NCBI GenBank assembly: GCA_963748825.1
Contig: CAVVKN010000010.1
Span: 64,001-128,000 of the forward strand
Direction: 5' to 3'
DNA from: Methanotrichaceae archaeon
GTDB lineage: Archaea; Halobacteriota; Methanosarcinia; Methanotrichales; Methanotrichaceae
Length of the DNA: 64,000 nt
In this document: piece after piece, positions 31,983 to 42,482 of the stretch
Layout: every line of letters begins with the position of its first letter
Position numbering within the stretch: the stretch's first letter is position 1
Translations under genes and position numbers: made by a program
Notes under the pieces: model-generated
What the model was told of the DNA's origin: nothing
Seen by the model: only the letters and a program-made list of their open reading frames with translations
Database searches by the model: none

Positions 31983-32087
31983 CTTCAGAACCGTTTGCGT
32001 TTCCTCCTGCTGTCTGATCAGCCGGAGTGCCGCGCGCGGTGAAACGCGCGAGAGAGCTCGGGCGCCCTCAACGCCGGGCAGGCTTGG
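31983..32087. repeat. Structured direct repeat, copy 2
   Basis: Same element as 31201-31305, offset 782 bp. Confidence 0.9.
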
Positions 32088-32147
32088 GAAGTGATGTTTT
32101 GGTTTGTTCTTGTGTTGATAACTATACAAATATTTCAGATAGCGGTC

Positions 32148-32471
32148 TCATCTACCCAGTACCTTCTCATGGGTGCCAATTTTGACGATAACGATGGTAC
32201 GAACCTTATAATCCATCCTGTAAATAATAACCCAGTGATCCTTAACATGGACTTCCCGGTGCCCGGCTTTATCATGACTTAAGACCTCACCACACTCTGA
32301 GTTCGTGCGGAGTTTTTCAAAACGTTTTCTAAATTGTTCGAAAAGAACTCGATCCTTCTTTTTAATTCGTGATAGTTGATTCTTGACTTCGTCGGGAAAA
32401 AACAGGTTATACGGATCCTCAACTGTTGCTTGATCAGATTTCGGCTTGCTAAGGCTTCTTTCTCTGACCAT
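32148..32471 (-). CDS. RelE/YafQ-like toxin
   Basis: GEVLSHDKAGHREVHVKDHWVIIYR...IVIVKIGTH. Confidence 0.85.
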   Translation of the reverse strand: MVRERSLSKPKSDQATVEDPYNLFFPDEVKNQLSRIKKKDRVLFEQFRKRFEKLRTNSECGEVLSHDKAGHREVHVKDHWVIIYRMDYKVRTIVIVKIGTHEKVLGR

Positions 32472-32483
32472 AATTAATAACGC

Positions 32484-32651
32484 TCAAATGCCGTCTAGAA
32501 AAGCATCTAGCTCCTTGGCGTTTGTGACTCGCGTACCCTGAGATCGCTTGTACTGCTCCCAGGCTTTATCTGCATCCACCAAGAGAGCCGTAGTGTCCTT
32601 CTCGAACTCATCTTCGATAGGGGTAACTGTCCCCTTCACTATGCCGGCCAT
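32484..32651 (-). CDS. Putative antitoxin (likely start ATG 32651)
   Basis: Small acidic ORF upstream of the toxin, ending NAKELDAFLDGI; TATA-like sequence upstream. Confidence 0.65.
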   Translation of the reverse strand: MAGIVKGTVTPIEDEFEKDTTALLVDADKAWEQYKRSQGTRVTNAKELDAFLDGI

Positions 32652-32808
32652 CTTAGATCCTAATGGAATGCTTTGTATAAATAAATTGGCTATACCCCAA
32701 ATACATGGGTGAGTTTGAATCATTGGTATGTGTTTAGCTCCCTCAGAATAGCTCGATAGAAGCTGGTTTCAGTCAATGAAATGCATGACAAAAAGACTTG
32801 CTCGGTTC

Positions 32809-33516
32809 TTATCTCCTTCCATACGGGCACACAAAAAGACACATCCCGCACACTCCATATCCCGTCTTCTCTTCCAGATCCTTCAGGTACCGCTCGCACT
32901 TTCTGGCATCATATCTTGCCTCCCGTGGCTCATCTTCCCGGAAGGGCCGTCCAGTGAACGCGGCCTGTGGGCAAATTTCCACGCACTCACGGCATTCTCC
33001 ACAGCGCTCTGCCATTGCAGAGCCTGTTGCTTGCATCGGCGCGTCGGTAAGCACCGTGGCCCAGCGCACGCGAGGTCCCGCTTCCGGAGTGATTAGCAGG
33101 CAGCTTTTGCCGATCCAGCCCAGGCCAGCCATGTGTGCCGCCAGCTTATGAGAGAATATGGCGGCAACTCGGTCATCGACCACAGCGCGCTTCGAGGCCG
33201 GAATTGGGAATGCCCGGTAACCCTGGCGCTGCAGTGAACTGCTGAGGCGCAGGGCAATGGTGTCCAGGAGGTCGTTTACTATGTCGTAAGCGTGGTGCTT
33301 ATATTCCATCGCCACGGCCTTTTCGCTCCTTTCAGGAAGCTGGTCTACGATAGGGTTGAGTAGGGCGATTCCAATGGAAATCGCCTTTGGGTATTGGGCC
33401 AGACTTTCTCCGCCCTGCCATGAGATGAAATCATGGGCCGGCGCAAGATCGGCCACACCGAAGAAATCTGCACCCAAATCCTCCGCGGTCGCACGAATTC
33501 TGGCATCCAACTGCAT
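32809..33516 (-). CDS. QueG-like (epoxyqueuosine reductase-like) 4Fe-4S protein
   Basis: [44 protein letters not shown]. Confidence 0.85.
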   Translation of the reverse strand: MQLDARIRATAEDLGADFFGVADLAPAHDFISWQGGESLAQYPKAISIGIALLNPIVDQLPERSEKAVAMEYKHHAYDIVNDLLDTIALRLSSSLQRQGYRAFPIPASKRAVVDDRVAAIFSHKLAAHMAGLGWIGKSCLLITPEAGPRVRWATVLTDAPMQATGSAMAERCGECRECVEICPQAAFTGRPFREDEPREARYDARKCERYLKDLEEKTGYGVCGMCLFVCPYGRR

Positions 33517-33806
33517 AGCTTGATAATTCTACCATTGCATAGTGATAATAGCTGCGGTGAGACTGCCGTTTCGATGGTGCCACAGCATTTCAGCCAGGAC
33601 CGGCCCTCGCCGGTACAGGCATACGCGCGCGGAGGGCTGTCGGAAAAATTGACTCCCTGTATCGCTTTGTGGCAAACAATAGAGAATGCACAGCATTTCC
33701 TGGCTGGCAAAGCGGCTGCAACATTCTAATATTCCCGATCTGGTACGCATTGACTAGGACAAGCCAGCCTTCGACATTTATGAACCAAAATCCAGGCTAA
33801 TAGTCG

Positions 33807-33924
33807 TCTCCGTTCATTCGTCCTCTGTGCGCTCTGTGACTCTGTGGTATAATTTCGTAACCCCCAGGGTTTGATTATTCAGCTAGCGAATATTAACCGC
33901 AGAGACGCAGAGCTCGCAGAGACG
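33807..33924. repeat. Dispersed CACAGAG-periodic repeat, arms back-to-back
   Basis: 33807-33885 is the inverted homolog of 40083-40168; 33889-33924 matches the reverse complement of 40215-40250 at 28/36. Confidence 0.8.
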
Positions 33925-33953
33925 GGAAATTATGTGGTGAGCGTATTCTCAAG

Positions 33954-36900
33954 TCAGGAAATAGCCGCCGTGCCGTTCTCCAGCCGCATCCCGTCGGCGC
34001 CGCCCAGCTTGACCACAGGAAGTCCGGAGGAGCTGGCCTTCGGGCCCAGGCCAGCCTCGAATGCCTGCGGATCCATATTCTCCGAGCTCCAGGCATCATC
34101 TATTCTCTCCAGCTCCTGTGCCTTCCTGACTGAGGACCAGATCCACCAGATGCACCGCGGAAACCTCGCCCTGGTTCATGAACAGCGTGGGATCAAACTG
34201 AAGTAGCATCGTGGCATTGCCGGCGGATAGATCGCTCTCTACGCTCTCTTCACCCATTTCGTCTCCAACGTCATCCACAATGATGCCCTGCAGCTCGTAA
34301 CTGCCGGGCTTGATGACAGTCACATTTACTCCGATGGCGATGGTGGTGGGGGTCGTCCGGTTGACATATTCGCCGGTCAAATAGGCTGCAGGTGGCTGGA
34401 ACTCTTTTGGCTCTCTATCTATGGTAATCTCTTTGTCGAATCGATCGATGTAGCTTCCACTCTTATCGTAGAGTATGAGGTTCTGAATCATCATCGGCCC
34501 GCACTTGCCATATCTCCAAATATCGGTGCCGCTGGCATTGACCATTATGCTTCCGCTCTCTTTGAGCGCAAAGCTGCGATCTATTGTTCCAATCCAGCCG
34601 CCGATGCAATCGACCAGCACCCCGTTTAGCCGGAACTCTCCGGGCGCTGTGATGTTCAGGCCGAAGCCCAATGTAAGCACGTCAAAGAGGCCGTCGCCAT
34701 CGAGGTCCACGGCCTCTTCTTTCGTAAGGCCCGTCAGCCTTGTGCCGGCAATGGTCACGCTCACCGGAATCTCAAAGGTGTGGCTGTCCGAAGAGATCTT
34801 TATGTATCCGTCCAACCTGGAAAGCGATGTACCTTCCGGTATGGTGAGATTGGCCTCCACCGTCCCATTGGAGTCGCTCTCTAACCGTTCTGGGCCTTTG
34901 GTCGTGATCCAGGTCCACTGCTCCTCGGCATATTCCTTGACGCTGACTCTAAAAGACTCTCCCGCCTTCGGAACATTGTATCCGTAAACCTTTAGCGTCC
35001 AGTTGCCTACTTCTGGATTGGTGATTTCCAATGGACCTATATCGCCTGAGCCTAAAGCCGCGTTCTCCTCACTGGCAATGCCCTCAGGATTCTCGAAGAC
35101 AAGCGCAACCTCGCTGTCATTGCTTCCACCAACAGAGCTTAACTCTGCCGATATCTTCTTCGTTCTCTCGGTGACATTTACAGTTTTATTCCATGTTTCT
35201 TTATATCCCACATGGCCCTCAAACTCCCGGCGAGTGGTGTTCTCGATCACCCCGGTGTAGCTGAGGTTTTGCAGAGACAGCCCAACATTCCTCAGTGCAA
35301 ACTGTGTTTTGGTGCTTGTGCCGGCAGATGCAGACTCCAAATTCCAGCGGATGGGAGATGTCTCTAACTGAGATCGTTCTACCTGCAATGTATAGTTGGC
35401 CGCCTGCGATATATTTTCACTATGCACGGCAATAAGCCATTTTCCCGAGGACGGAGACTGTATCTTCTTTATCCTTTGTTGGCTTATCTTCTCACCTGTG
35501 TAATACTCGCTGGTGGGGGAGAGCAGGAAAAGATCGAGGTTAGTGTCCTGCTGCCACGTTAAAGATGCTTCGAACTCAGTGGTTCCGGGCGTCATCTCCA
35601 GATAATAGTAATTCCATTCGTTTCCTATAAGCGATCCTGTCTTATTGCCCACTCCACGGGAGATATCGAGGAGGCTGGCCACATTCACGCTGATGGGAAT
35701 CTGGAGCAGATTCTCATTTTCTTTTGTGATCTCAATGGTGCCGTTATAAATGCCTGGAAGGGTGTCCTGCGGCACGGTAATCGAAGCCGCAAAGACCTTC
35801 TGATCGTTGGCCAGAATTGTTTCCGGCAGGAGCTGCAGGCTTACCCAATCGGATACATCTCCCTGCACAGATGTTTTGAGATTTTTTATCTCCTGATCGC
35901 TGAAGAATACGAAGCGCAAATTCCAGTCTTCATCGCCCGGAGCAAGAGCATATATCTTCTTTTGCGGCCTGTCTGCGCCCGTATCCAGCCCCACATATAC
36001 TCCTTTTCCTGCCGGCAGGTACGCCCAGCGACCTGCCGTCCAGCGATCCGGAATCACTCCGCAGATATTATCACTATTCTGCAGGACCTCATAGGAAGAA
36101 AGAGCATCCAGCATTCCTGCACCCTGATAGTACTCTTCGTAACTGTCACCCTGGGTGCTATTCAGTTTTTTTGCCCCTCGGGTCATGGCCGCCTTGACGC
36201 CGGCTGCAGTGAGATTGCCGTTTGCCTGCAAGAGCAGTGCGGACAGACCTGCCGCCACTGGTGCAGATAGGCTGGTGCCCGACTCTTGGGAATAATAAGT
36301 ATCGACAGATTTCGGCCTTTTCACACCGACGGGTACGATAGAGATGATATCAACGCCCGGTGCGACAACGTCAGGCTTGATCCGATCGTCCCTGGTGGGC
36401 CCGGAGCCGGAAAAGCTGGCGATGTGGCCATTTTTATCTGCAGCCCCTACGGTGATGACCTTTACGCCGTCTCCCGGTGAGTCGATTAGACCGGGAGGCA
36501 GAGCCAGAACTACGGGCACAAATAGAAGTAGTACATCTTTATTTCCGGATTTTTCGAGCTGAGAGATCCCGACGGCGGACTTCTCGATATTGGACTTCTC
36601 TAGATCGGTCTTCTCGATGCCGCTCTTCTCGATAGCAAGCTCCTCTAAATTATCATTCTCGACAGAAGAATTGCCTATATCCTCAATGGAGGCGCTTCTT
36701 ACCTGTCCCTCTGCCTTGCTGCTGTTGCGGTTGCCTGCCGCCACGCAGACCACGACTCCGGCACCTGCAGCATTGTCCGCAGCCATGGTTATGGGCGGAT
36801 TCGTTTCGCCCAGATTTATGCCACCCAGGCTGAGGCTCAGGACATCGGCTCCGCTATAAACAGCCCATTCGATTCCTGCGATGATATCCGATACTTTGCC

Positions 36901-37632
36901 GTCCCCTTTGCCATCGATTACTTTGACACTGATCAGCTTTGCTCCGGGTGCAATTCCTTTGTATTTTCCATTGGAGGCCGCACCTGAGCCGGCAATGATT
37001 CCTGCTACCATTGTTCCGTGCCCCAGCAGATCATCTGCCGTGATCTCATCCGCCAGGAAATTCTTCTCGGCTACTACCTTGCCGATCAGGTCGGGGTGAT
37101 TCTTGTCTATCCCTGAATCGAGTACCGCAACGGTTATTCCCTGGCCGTCGATCCCCTTTTCCCAGAGCTTGTCTGCCTTTATGGTTTGAGCAGGAGATAT
37201 ATATTCTTCATTTGAGATAGATTTTTCCAGAGATGAGTTCTCGTCGGGTGAAGATATTTGTGTTCTGCCGTCAAAATAAATTCCTGATACCCAGTCGCTT
37301 TCTGCAATCTTTTTTATAGCATTGGCCGTAGCCTCTCCTGCCAGGCCGGGAATGAGATTATACCTATACCTAACAGTGAGGTCGCTAGAAATGAGATCCT
37401 CTGGGATAATGCGGTCTGGGTTGGAAGGGACGTTCGATTTGAGCATCACAATTACTGGGATCTTTTCCGCAAGGATCAGACCATTTTCTTCCTGAGCGAG
37501 CAGCTCTGCAAGCTCTGGATCGATCTTCTGGTCGGCAGTAGAAAGAAGCTTTGCTGCCTGTACAGTGGAGAAGGCTGCCAAAATTATGCATACAGCAGAA
37601 ATTAGAATTAAAATATTTCGATTCATAATCAC
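33954..37632 (-). CDS. Large secreted S8 (subtilisin-like) serine peptidase; probable +1 frameshift at ~34116 near the C-terminus
   Basis: VAVLDSG, HGTMVAG, AAGN, SGTSLSAP triad; removing one base continues GTELERIDDAW...AAIS* to 33954. Confidence 0.92.
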
Positions 37633-37700
37633 CCAAACCTGTCTAACGATGTATCCCCGGGCCCTACCCTAAAATCCCAACATAGGGATGTAAGTAGATA

Positions 37701-38513
37701 ATGCTAAATAAACCTGTGGTACTTCTAGGATTGATGATACTGGAATGGCTGGTTTCCTATCTGCTCTGGATTAGCTTGGTTCTACTCTTAGCATCAGCCC
37801 TGACCAGGATCAGCCGCATCGCAGTTCCCGGATGGGGGCTCTTTGCATTCTTCTGGCTCGGCCAGATAGAGCATTATCTGGCTATAGTGGACTACTTCAA
37901 TGTGGCTCTCTTTTTGGCGGCAGGTCTCTTGAGCTTCTACATGGCCTGGATTGTGATGAGCAGGGGCTTTTCTTCAAAGGCGTGCTATTGGGCGAGCTAT
38001 GCGGCTGCAGCCTGCGGAATTATCTATTTTCCCTTTGCCGAAGTACAGGCTCTTCAGGTCTGGCTGATTGGACTTACCACCCTTGTAACCGCAAAGACGC
38101 TGCAATTCCTCTCCGTCCCCGTGATCATGGAAAGCTGGAATATAATGAGCCTCAACGGCCGGTCGGTGCAAATCATCCTGGCCTGCACGGCCATTGAGAG
38201 CATTGCCTTATTCGCCGGAGTGATTTTATCAGTAGAGGCACCCCCCGGACGCAAGCTGGCGGCGCTGGCAGCATCTACATTCTCCATCTATCTCTTGAAC
38301 ATTGTGAGAAATGGATTTGTACTCATGGCCTACGGATGGAGTTGGTTTGGGGAAGGCAGCTTTGATATCGCTCATAATATCATAGCTAAGATGGGATCGA
38401 CGTTAGCGCTCCTGGTCATATCTTACCTGGTATTCTTGCTCTTGCCAGAGCTTTTATCAATCATTGATGAGCTGGCAGCTGAGATCAAACCGGGAAAAGG
38501 AGATGCAGCATGA
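37701..38513 (+). CDS. artA: Archaeosortase A
   Basis: Multi-TM with IILACTAIES (catalytic Cys), LNIVRN, AHNIIAK. Confidence 0.9.
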   Translation: MLNKPVVLLGLMILEWLVSYLLWISLVLLLASALTRISRIAVPGWGLFAFFWLGQIEHYLAIVDYFNVALFLAAGLLSFYMAWIVMSRGFSSKACYWASYAAAACGIIYFPFAEVQALQVWLIGLTTLVTAKTLQFLSVPVIMESWNIMSLNGRSVQIILACTAIESIALFAGVILSVEAPPGRKLAALAASTFSIYLLNIVRNGFVLMAYGWSWFGEGSFDIAHNIIAKMGSTLALLVISYLVFLLLPELLSIIDELAAEIKPGKGDAA

Positions 38514-39097
38514 AGCTGGCAAAAAATTCTACCGTATGGGTATCGGTGCCCATTTTTCTTACTGCTGGGCTGGCCGCGGCAGGAATTTGGTTATTGTCGG
38601 CTGTGGCTTTGGCAGGCTTTATTTTCATGATCTTCTTTCACCGGGATCCGGATCGTTTGCCGCGAGGCGAAGGCATGCTTTCGCCTGCAGACGGAAAAAT
38701 CATCCAGGCCACGCCGGACAGAATCACCATCTTTATGAGTCCTTCCAATGTACATGTTAACCGGGCGCCACTGGATGGCTTTGTACGCAATATCGAATAC
38801 CGGAAAGGCACTCATCTGCCTGCCTTTATGGGGCGGGCATGCAAGAACCAGCAGAACAGGATGCATTTGGAGACAGATGACGGAGACATGGAGCTGCGCC
38901 AGATAACGGGAACCCTGGTCCGGGAGATCGTCTGCTACGTTCGTCCCGGAGATCTGGTGTCGCGAGGAGAAAGGATAGGCATGATCCGCTTCGGCTCGAG
39001 GGTAGAAGTTAGCATTCCCATTGGTTACAGTCTGCTAGTAAATAAGGGCGACAAGGTCCGGGCGGGAGAGACGGTGGTTGCAGTGAGGAGTTCATGA
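38510..39097 (+). CDS. psd: Archaetidylserine/phosphatidylserine decarboxylase
   Basis: FFHRDPDR, SPADG, HVNRAP, FGSRV pyruvoyl cleavage site. Confidence 0.93.
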   Translation: MKLAKNSTVWVSVPIFLTAGLAAAGIWLLSAVALAGFIFMIFFHRDPDRLPRGEGMLSPADGKIIQATPDRITIFMSPSNVHVNRAPLDGFVRNIEYRKGTHLPAFMGRACKNQQNRMHLETDDGDMELRQITGTLVREIVCYVRPGDLVSRGERIGMIRFGSRVEVSIPIGYSLLVNKGDKVRAGETVVAVRSS

Positions 39098-39768
39098 ATG
39101 TCTTCCGGGTTATTCGGCTGCCGGACTTATTCACGCTTTTAAATGTCGTCTTCGGATTCCTGGCAATTCTTGCCGCGGGCAGAGCTTGGGGCGGCAATAT
39201 TCCCCAGTATGCCGTGGTGTTCATACTCTTGGCAGCAATGGCCGATGGCCTGGATGGGTTTTTGGCGAGAAAGGTGGGCGGCAGTCCCCTGGGAGCCAAC
39301 CTGGACTCTTTAGCGGACCTGATCTCCTTTGGCACAGCGCCAGTTTTTCTTGCCATCTCCACTTTTCATCTTCCGCCCCACATTTGGCCGGTGGGCATCT
39401 TCTTCCTGATCTGCGGGACGCTGCGCCTGGCCAGATTCAATGTCGTCTCCGGCAAAAGCGATTCGTTCTTTGAGGGGCTTCCCATTCCGGCAGCAGGCAT
39501 AGCACTTTCTGCCAGCGTTCTTTTGGGCAGGCCGACACTCACTATCGTGCTCATGCTGTTTTTAGCGCTGCTCATGGTGAGCAGCATCTCATATCCCAAG
39601 ATCAGAGATCTTCGCGTCATGCTAATCCTTGGCGGCATCTTCCTTGTGGTGGGATTGTTCCTTTTCCGCCAGCACGATATTCTTTATGCAACCCTTGTGG
39701 TGATCGCGCTTATCACCCTCTATCTGACAAGTCCGGTGGTGATCTCACGCCTACGAAAAGGGAAATAG
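39094..39768 (+). CDS. pssA: Archaetidylserine synthase (CDP-alcohol phosphatidyltransferase)
   Basis: DGLDG.LAR...G.NLDSLAD.ISFG, LRLARFN, FEGLP. Confidence 0.93.
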   Translation: MNVFRVIRLPDLFTLLNVVFGFLAILAAGRAWGGNIPQYAVVFILLAAMADGLDGFLARKVGGSPLGANLDSLADLISFGTAPVFLAISTFHLPPHIWPVGIFFLICGTLRLARFNVVSGKSDSFFEGLPIPAAGIALSASVLLGRPTLTIVLMLFLALLMVSSISYPKIRDLRVMLILGGIFLVVGLFLFRQHDILYATLVVIALITLYLTSPVVISRLRKGK

Positions 39769-40073
39769 CTGCTTTTGAGGCAGGCATCAAGCTGGGAGCT
39801 CTCTATCATCAGTTCGTTGGAGCGCCGGTGAGCCTGAAGACAGCAGCCGGCCTGGAAGAGGCCATGCAAGAGAGCATCTCCCTGCAGCCTTACGTGAAGA
39901 AGGTAAGCGTCAGCATAAACCGGCAGATGTTGAAGGAGAACTTCTTTGGATACGGCGAGCTGGAAGGGCGCATGATAATCGCCGAGGTGCAGATAGATTA
40001 TGAGGGCGAGGTGGTCATTGCCAGGCTGGTGTTTGATGCAGAAAAGAACTATCCGCTCATGAGTTTGGTCTAG
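39747..40073 (+). CDS. mptD: Archaeal dihydroneopterin aldolase (DUF381/MptD); apparent ACG start
   Basis: AAFEAGIKLGALYHQFVG.PV...QPYV...YPLM; the conserved N-terminus lies upstream of the called GTG 39828. Confidence 0.85.
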   Translation, partial: TPTKREIAAFEAGIKLGALYHQFVGAPVSLKTAAGLEEAMQESISLQPYVKKVSVSINRQMLKENFFGYGELEGRMIIAEVQIDYEGEVVIARLVFDAEKNYPLMSLV

Positions 40074-40082
40074 TCGAGATAA

Positions 40083-40250
40083 TAGCTCGATAATAAATCT
40101 CTGGTGGTATACGAAATAAAACCACAGAGGCACAGACATACGGAGCGCACTGAGGACGAACGCGGAGATTATTTAATGTCATTTTTTCAATCTACCCCGA
40201 TAGGAAAAGTTGCGCGTCTCTGTAAACTTTGTGCCTCTGTGGTTAATAAT
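40083..40250. repeat. Dispersed CACAGAG-periodic repeat, arms facing each other (MITE/REP-like)
   Basis: Perfect 15-bp inverted repeat AACCACAGAGGCACA 40120-40134 / 40230-40244; homologous to 33807-33924. Confidence 0.8.
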
Positions 40251-40667
40251 AGTAAACGGACAATTTATCGTGGGCCGGTTCATAGGTCCACAAAAACACC
40301 CACTGGCGAGCGCATCAAGCAGCTTTGCTCCGAGGCCAGGAGGCTAAGGCGCTGCTCTGGCTGTCGCAGACGCGCAACGTGTACCTGGGGAGCTGCAAGA
40401 AGATGAGCCTCCAAGAGGCGCTGGCCGCATAAAAATTTATCTCTTTTCCTTCAAGCTTTGCCGCCCCAGGTAAACTTTTGAGATGGCATTTGGGAGCATC
40501 CTGAGTTCTGTTGGATTAAGCTTTAGGATTACAGCAATTCTGGCAAGCTACCCAGAAAGCTAATAAATGTTGGGCGGCTGAAATTATTCCAATTGCATTC
40601 GTATTCCGGAGAAAATTCTTTGAATGAGTGATGCTGACAAATTGCATGATACTGAACGGAGAGCAAG

Positions 40668-41618
40668 ATGTTAAGAAGGATTCTACGCTGGATTGCGATT
40701 GGGTTGATCTTAGCGGTGGTTTTGGTTTCTGCAGCATATTTCTGGGATATGAATCGAGCCTATGAACGGGTCCATGGAAAGAGCACGGTCATGGCTTCGC
40801 CTTATGGGGATATCGAATTCACTGAAGGTGGATCAGGTCCTGATGTACTGGTAATCCACGGTAGCGGCGGCGGCTACGATCAGGGAGAACTCCTTGCGCG
40901 GGCTGTGCTGGGCGACCAATTCCACTGGATTACGCCTTCGCGCTTTGGATATCTGCGCTCGACCTTCCACGAAGGTGCCACATTTGACGACCAGGCGCAT
41001 GCCTACGCGTATTTGCTCGACCAGCTGGGCATCAAAAAAGTTGCTGTCGTTGCATTATCTCATGGCGGCCCTTCAGCTCTACTCTTTGCCGTATTGCATC
41101 CTGAACGAGTATCCTCGCTTACACTCATCTCCTGCGGTGTTGCGTCTTCAGCCGCACAAGACCAAGTGCAGGCGAACCAGAAAGGCGATATGCTGATGAC
41201 TATTTACAAGCATGATCCGCTTTACTGGGCCATAACCAAGCTGTTCAAGAGGCAGTTTATGGAGCTAATGGGCGCCAACGACGCGGTCATTGCCGGTCTT
41301 AACCCCGGTCAGCGGGAATTGGTTGACCAGATTATTGATTACATGAATCCGGTTTCGCTGCGATCCGACGGTGTTGCTTTCGACAATAAGGCAACGATGC
41401 CGAATGAGAGGATTGCCGCAGTCCGAGCTCCGACCTTAATATTCCATGCCACAGACGACACACTGCAGCTCTACCACAATGCACAGTTCGCTGCTTCCAC
41501 CATTCCCGGTGCAAGGCTGGTCAGTTTTCAGAGAGGGGGCCACCTCCTCATGAGTGTCGAGCAATCGACCATCCGGACGGTCATGCAAAAGCACATCCTC
41601 GACCACATAGGCGAGTAG
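40668..41618 (+). CDS. Alpha/beta hydrolase with N-terminal membrane anchor
   Basis: IHGSGGG, PSRFGY, ALSHGG nucleophile elbow, DD, GGH. Confidence 0.9.
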   Translation: MLRRILRWIAIGLILAVVLVSAAYFWDMNRAYERVHGKSTVMASPYGDIEFTEGGSGPDVLVIHGSGGGYDQGELLARAVLGDQFHWITPSRFGYLRSTFHEGATFDDQAHAYAYLLDQLGIKKVAVVALSHGGPSALLFAVLHPERVSSLTLISCGVASSAAQDQVQANQKGDMLMTIYKHDPLYWAITKLFKRQFMELMGANDAVIAGLNPGQRELVDQIIDYMNPVSLRSDGVAFDNKATMPNERIAAVRAPTLIFHATDDTLQLYHNAQFAASTIPGARLVSFQRGGHLLMSVEQSTIRTVMQKHILDHIGE

Positions 41619-41729
41619 TTCCCACAGAACCTGTGATCAATACAAATTAAGGGACCGCCAGGGCCTCGACCCTCTGTTCCAGGATCAGGCCGAGCTGCTC
41701 GACCAGCTCGTTTATCTCCTCTCGCCCTG

Positions 41730-42012
41730 CAGCACTGCGACGTTTCCAAAGAACGATATGCAACGCCTGGATGAATTTCTCTATCCACCGGAGGCGATAC
41801 GTGAAGGTTTGGTCAACGCATTTGCATACCGGGACTATACCGACTCTTCCGGCGGCATTGCGGTGCATATTTGCCCAAAACGACTGAAAATTTGGAACTC
41901 AGGCAGCTTGCCGGAAGGGATTACCCCAGAGACACTGATCAACGGACATCTTTCCATGCTTCGCAACCCGGATATCGCACATGTTCTTTATTTGCGCAGA
42001 TTTATGGAAAAG
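41730..42012 (+). pseudogene. Fragment of an AlbA/RecG-C-terminal-like ATP-binding protein, truncated by an IS1 remnant
   Basis: YPPEAIREGLVNAFAYRDY...IWNSGSLP...RNPDIA...FMEK, then the IS end. Confidence 0.75.
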
Positions 42013-42482
42013 GGTAGTCTCCCCATTATGCGTTGTTCTTTTAAGGAACAATTACATCATCATAATCTCGCCAATTGTCCAAATATGATCAGTTATCCCT
42101 GCTGCCATAGCAGGGGATCTTGGCTCCCAACGTCGCTCATCATTATTGACCTCCACTCTTAATGATTTAACTGGTCTCGTCAAGTTATATACGAGTCCTC
42201 CAAGGCACAAGAAGCTTAGAGAATGATAATGTCTTTTCGAACCATTCTTCCATTCATTTGCCGCGAAGTTAGATTCGTCCTTTCGACGAATGCGGTGTTG
42301 ATGCCCATAAAATCTGGCACATCTCTAGGATCGCCGTAGACCACTTTGTGAGTGACACCAATCAACCTGCTGCCAGAACGATGCTTGGTCACTTAAAGGC
42401 ATTTCCATCCAGGTTGCGGTTGTTTGTGAGTAGGAGGTCTTCCTCGACCGAAGGCATATAAACTTAGTTAAGGTACACTACC
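42013..42482 (-). mobile_element. Internally deleted IS1-family element, 470 bp
   Basis: Ends GGTAGTCT (42013) and ACACTACC (42482); minus-strand fragments VVYGDP, INTAFVERTNLT.RQ...RK-TLSFSK, SPAMAAGITDHIWT with frameshifts; no target duplication. Confidence 0.8.

Noticed and set aside
31995-32050. Hammerhead ribozyme-like CTGATCA...GAAAC
   Set aside because: Core reads CUGAUCA rather than CUGAnGA, no stem I can be formed, and it is absent from copy 1
31201-32087. Repeat as an integron attC site
   Set aside because: No properly placed RYYYAAC...GTTRRRY pair on either strand and no integrase in the window
31247-32087. CRISPR array
   Set aside because: Only two copies, 782 bp apart, with genes between them
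4450-34120. Programmed ribosomal frameshifting at the split genes
   Set aside because: No slippery heptamers or stimulatory structures at the junctions; single indels explain them
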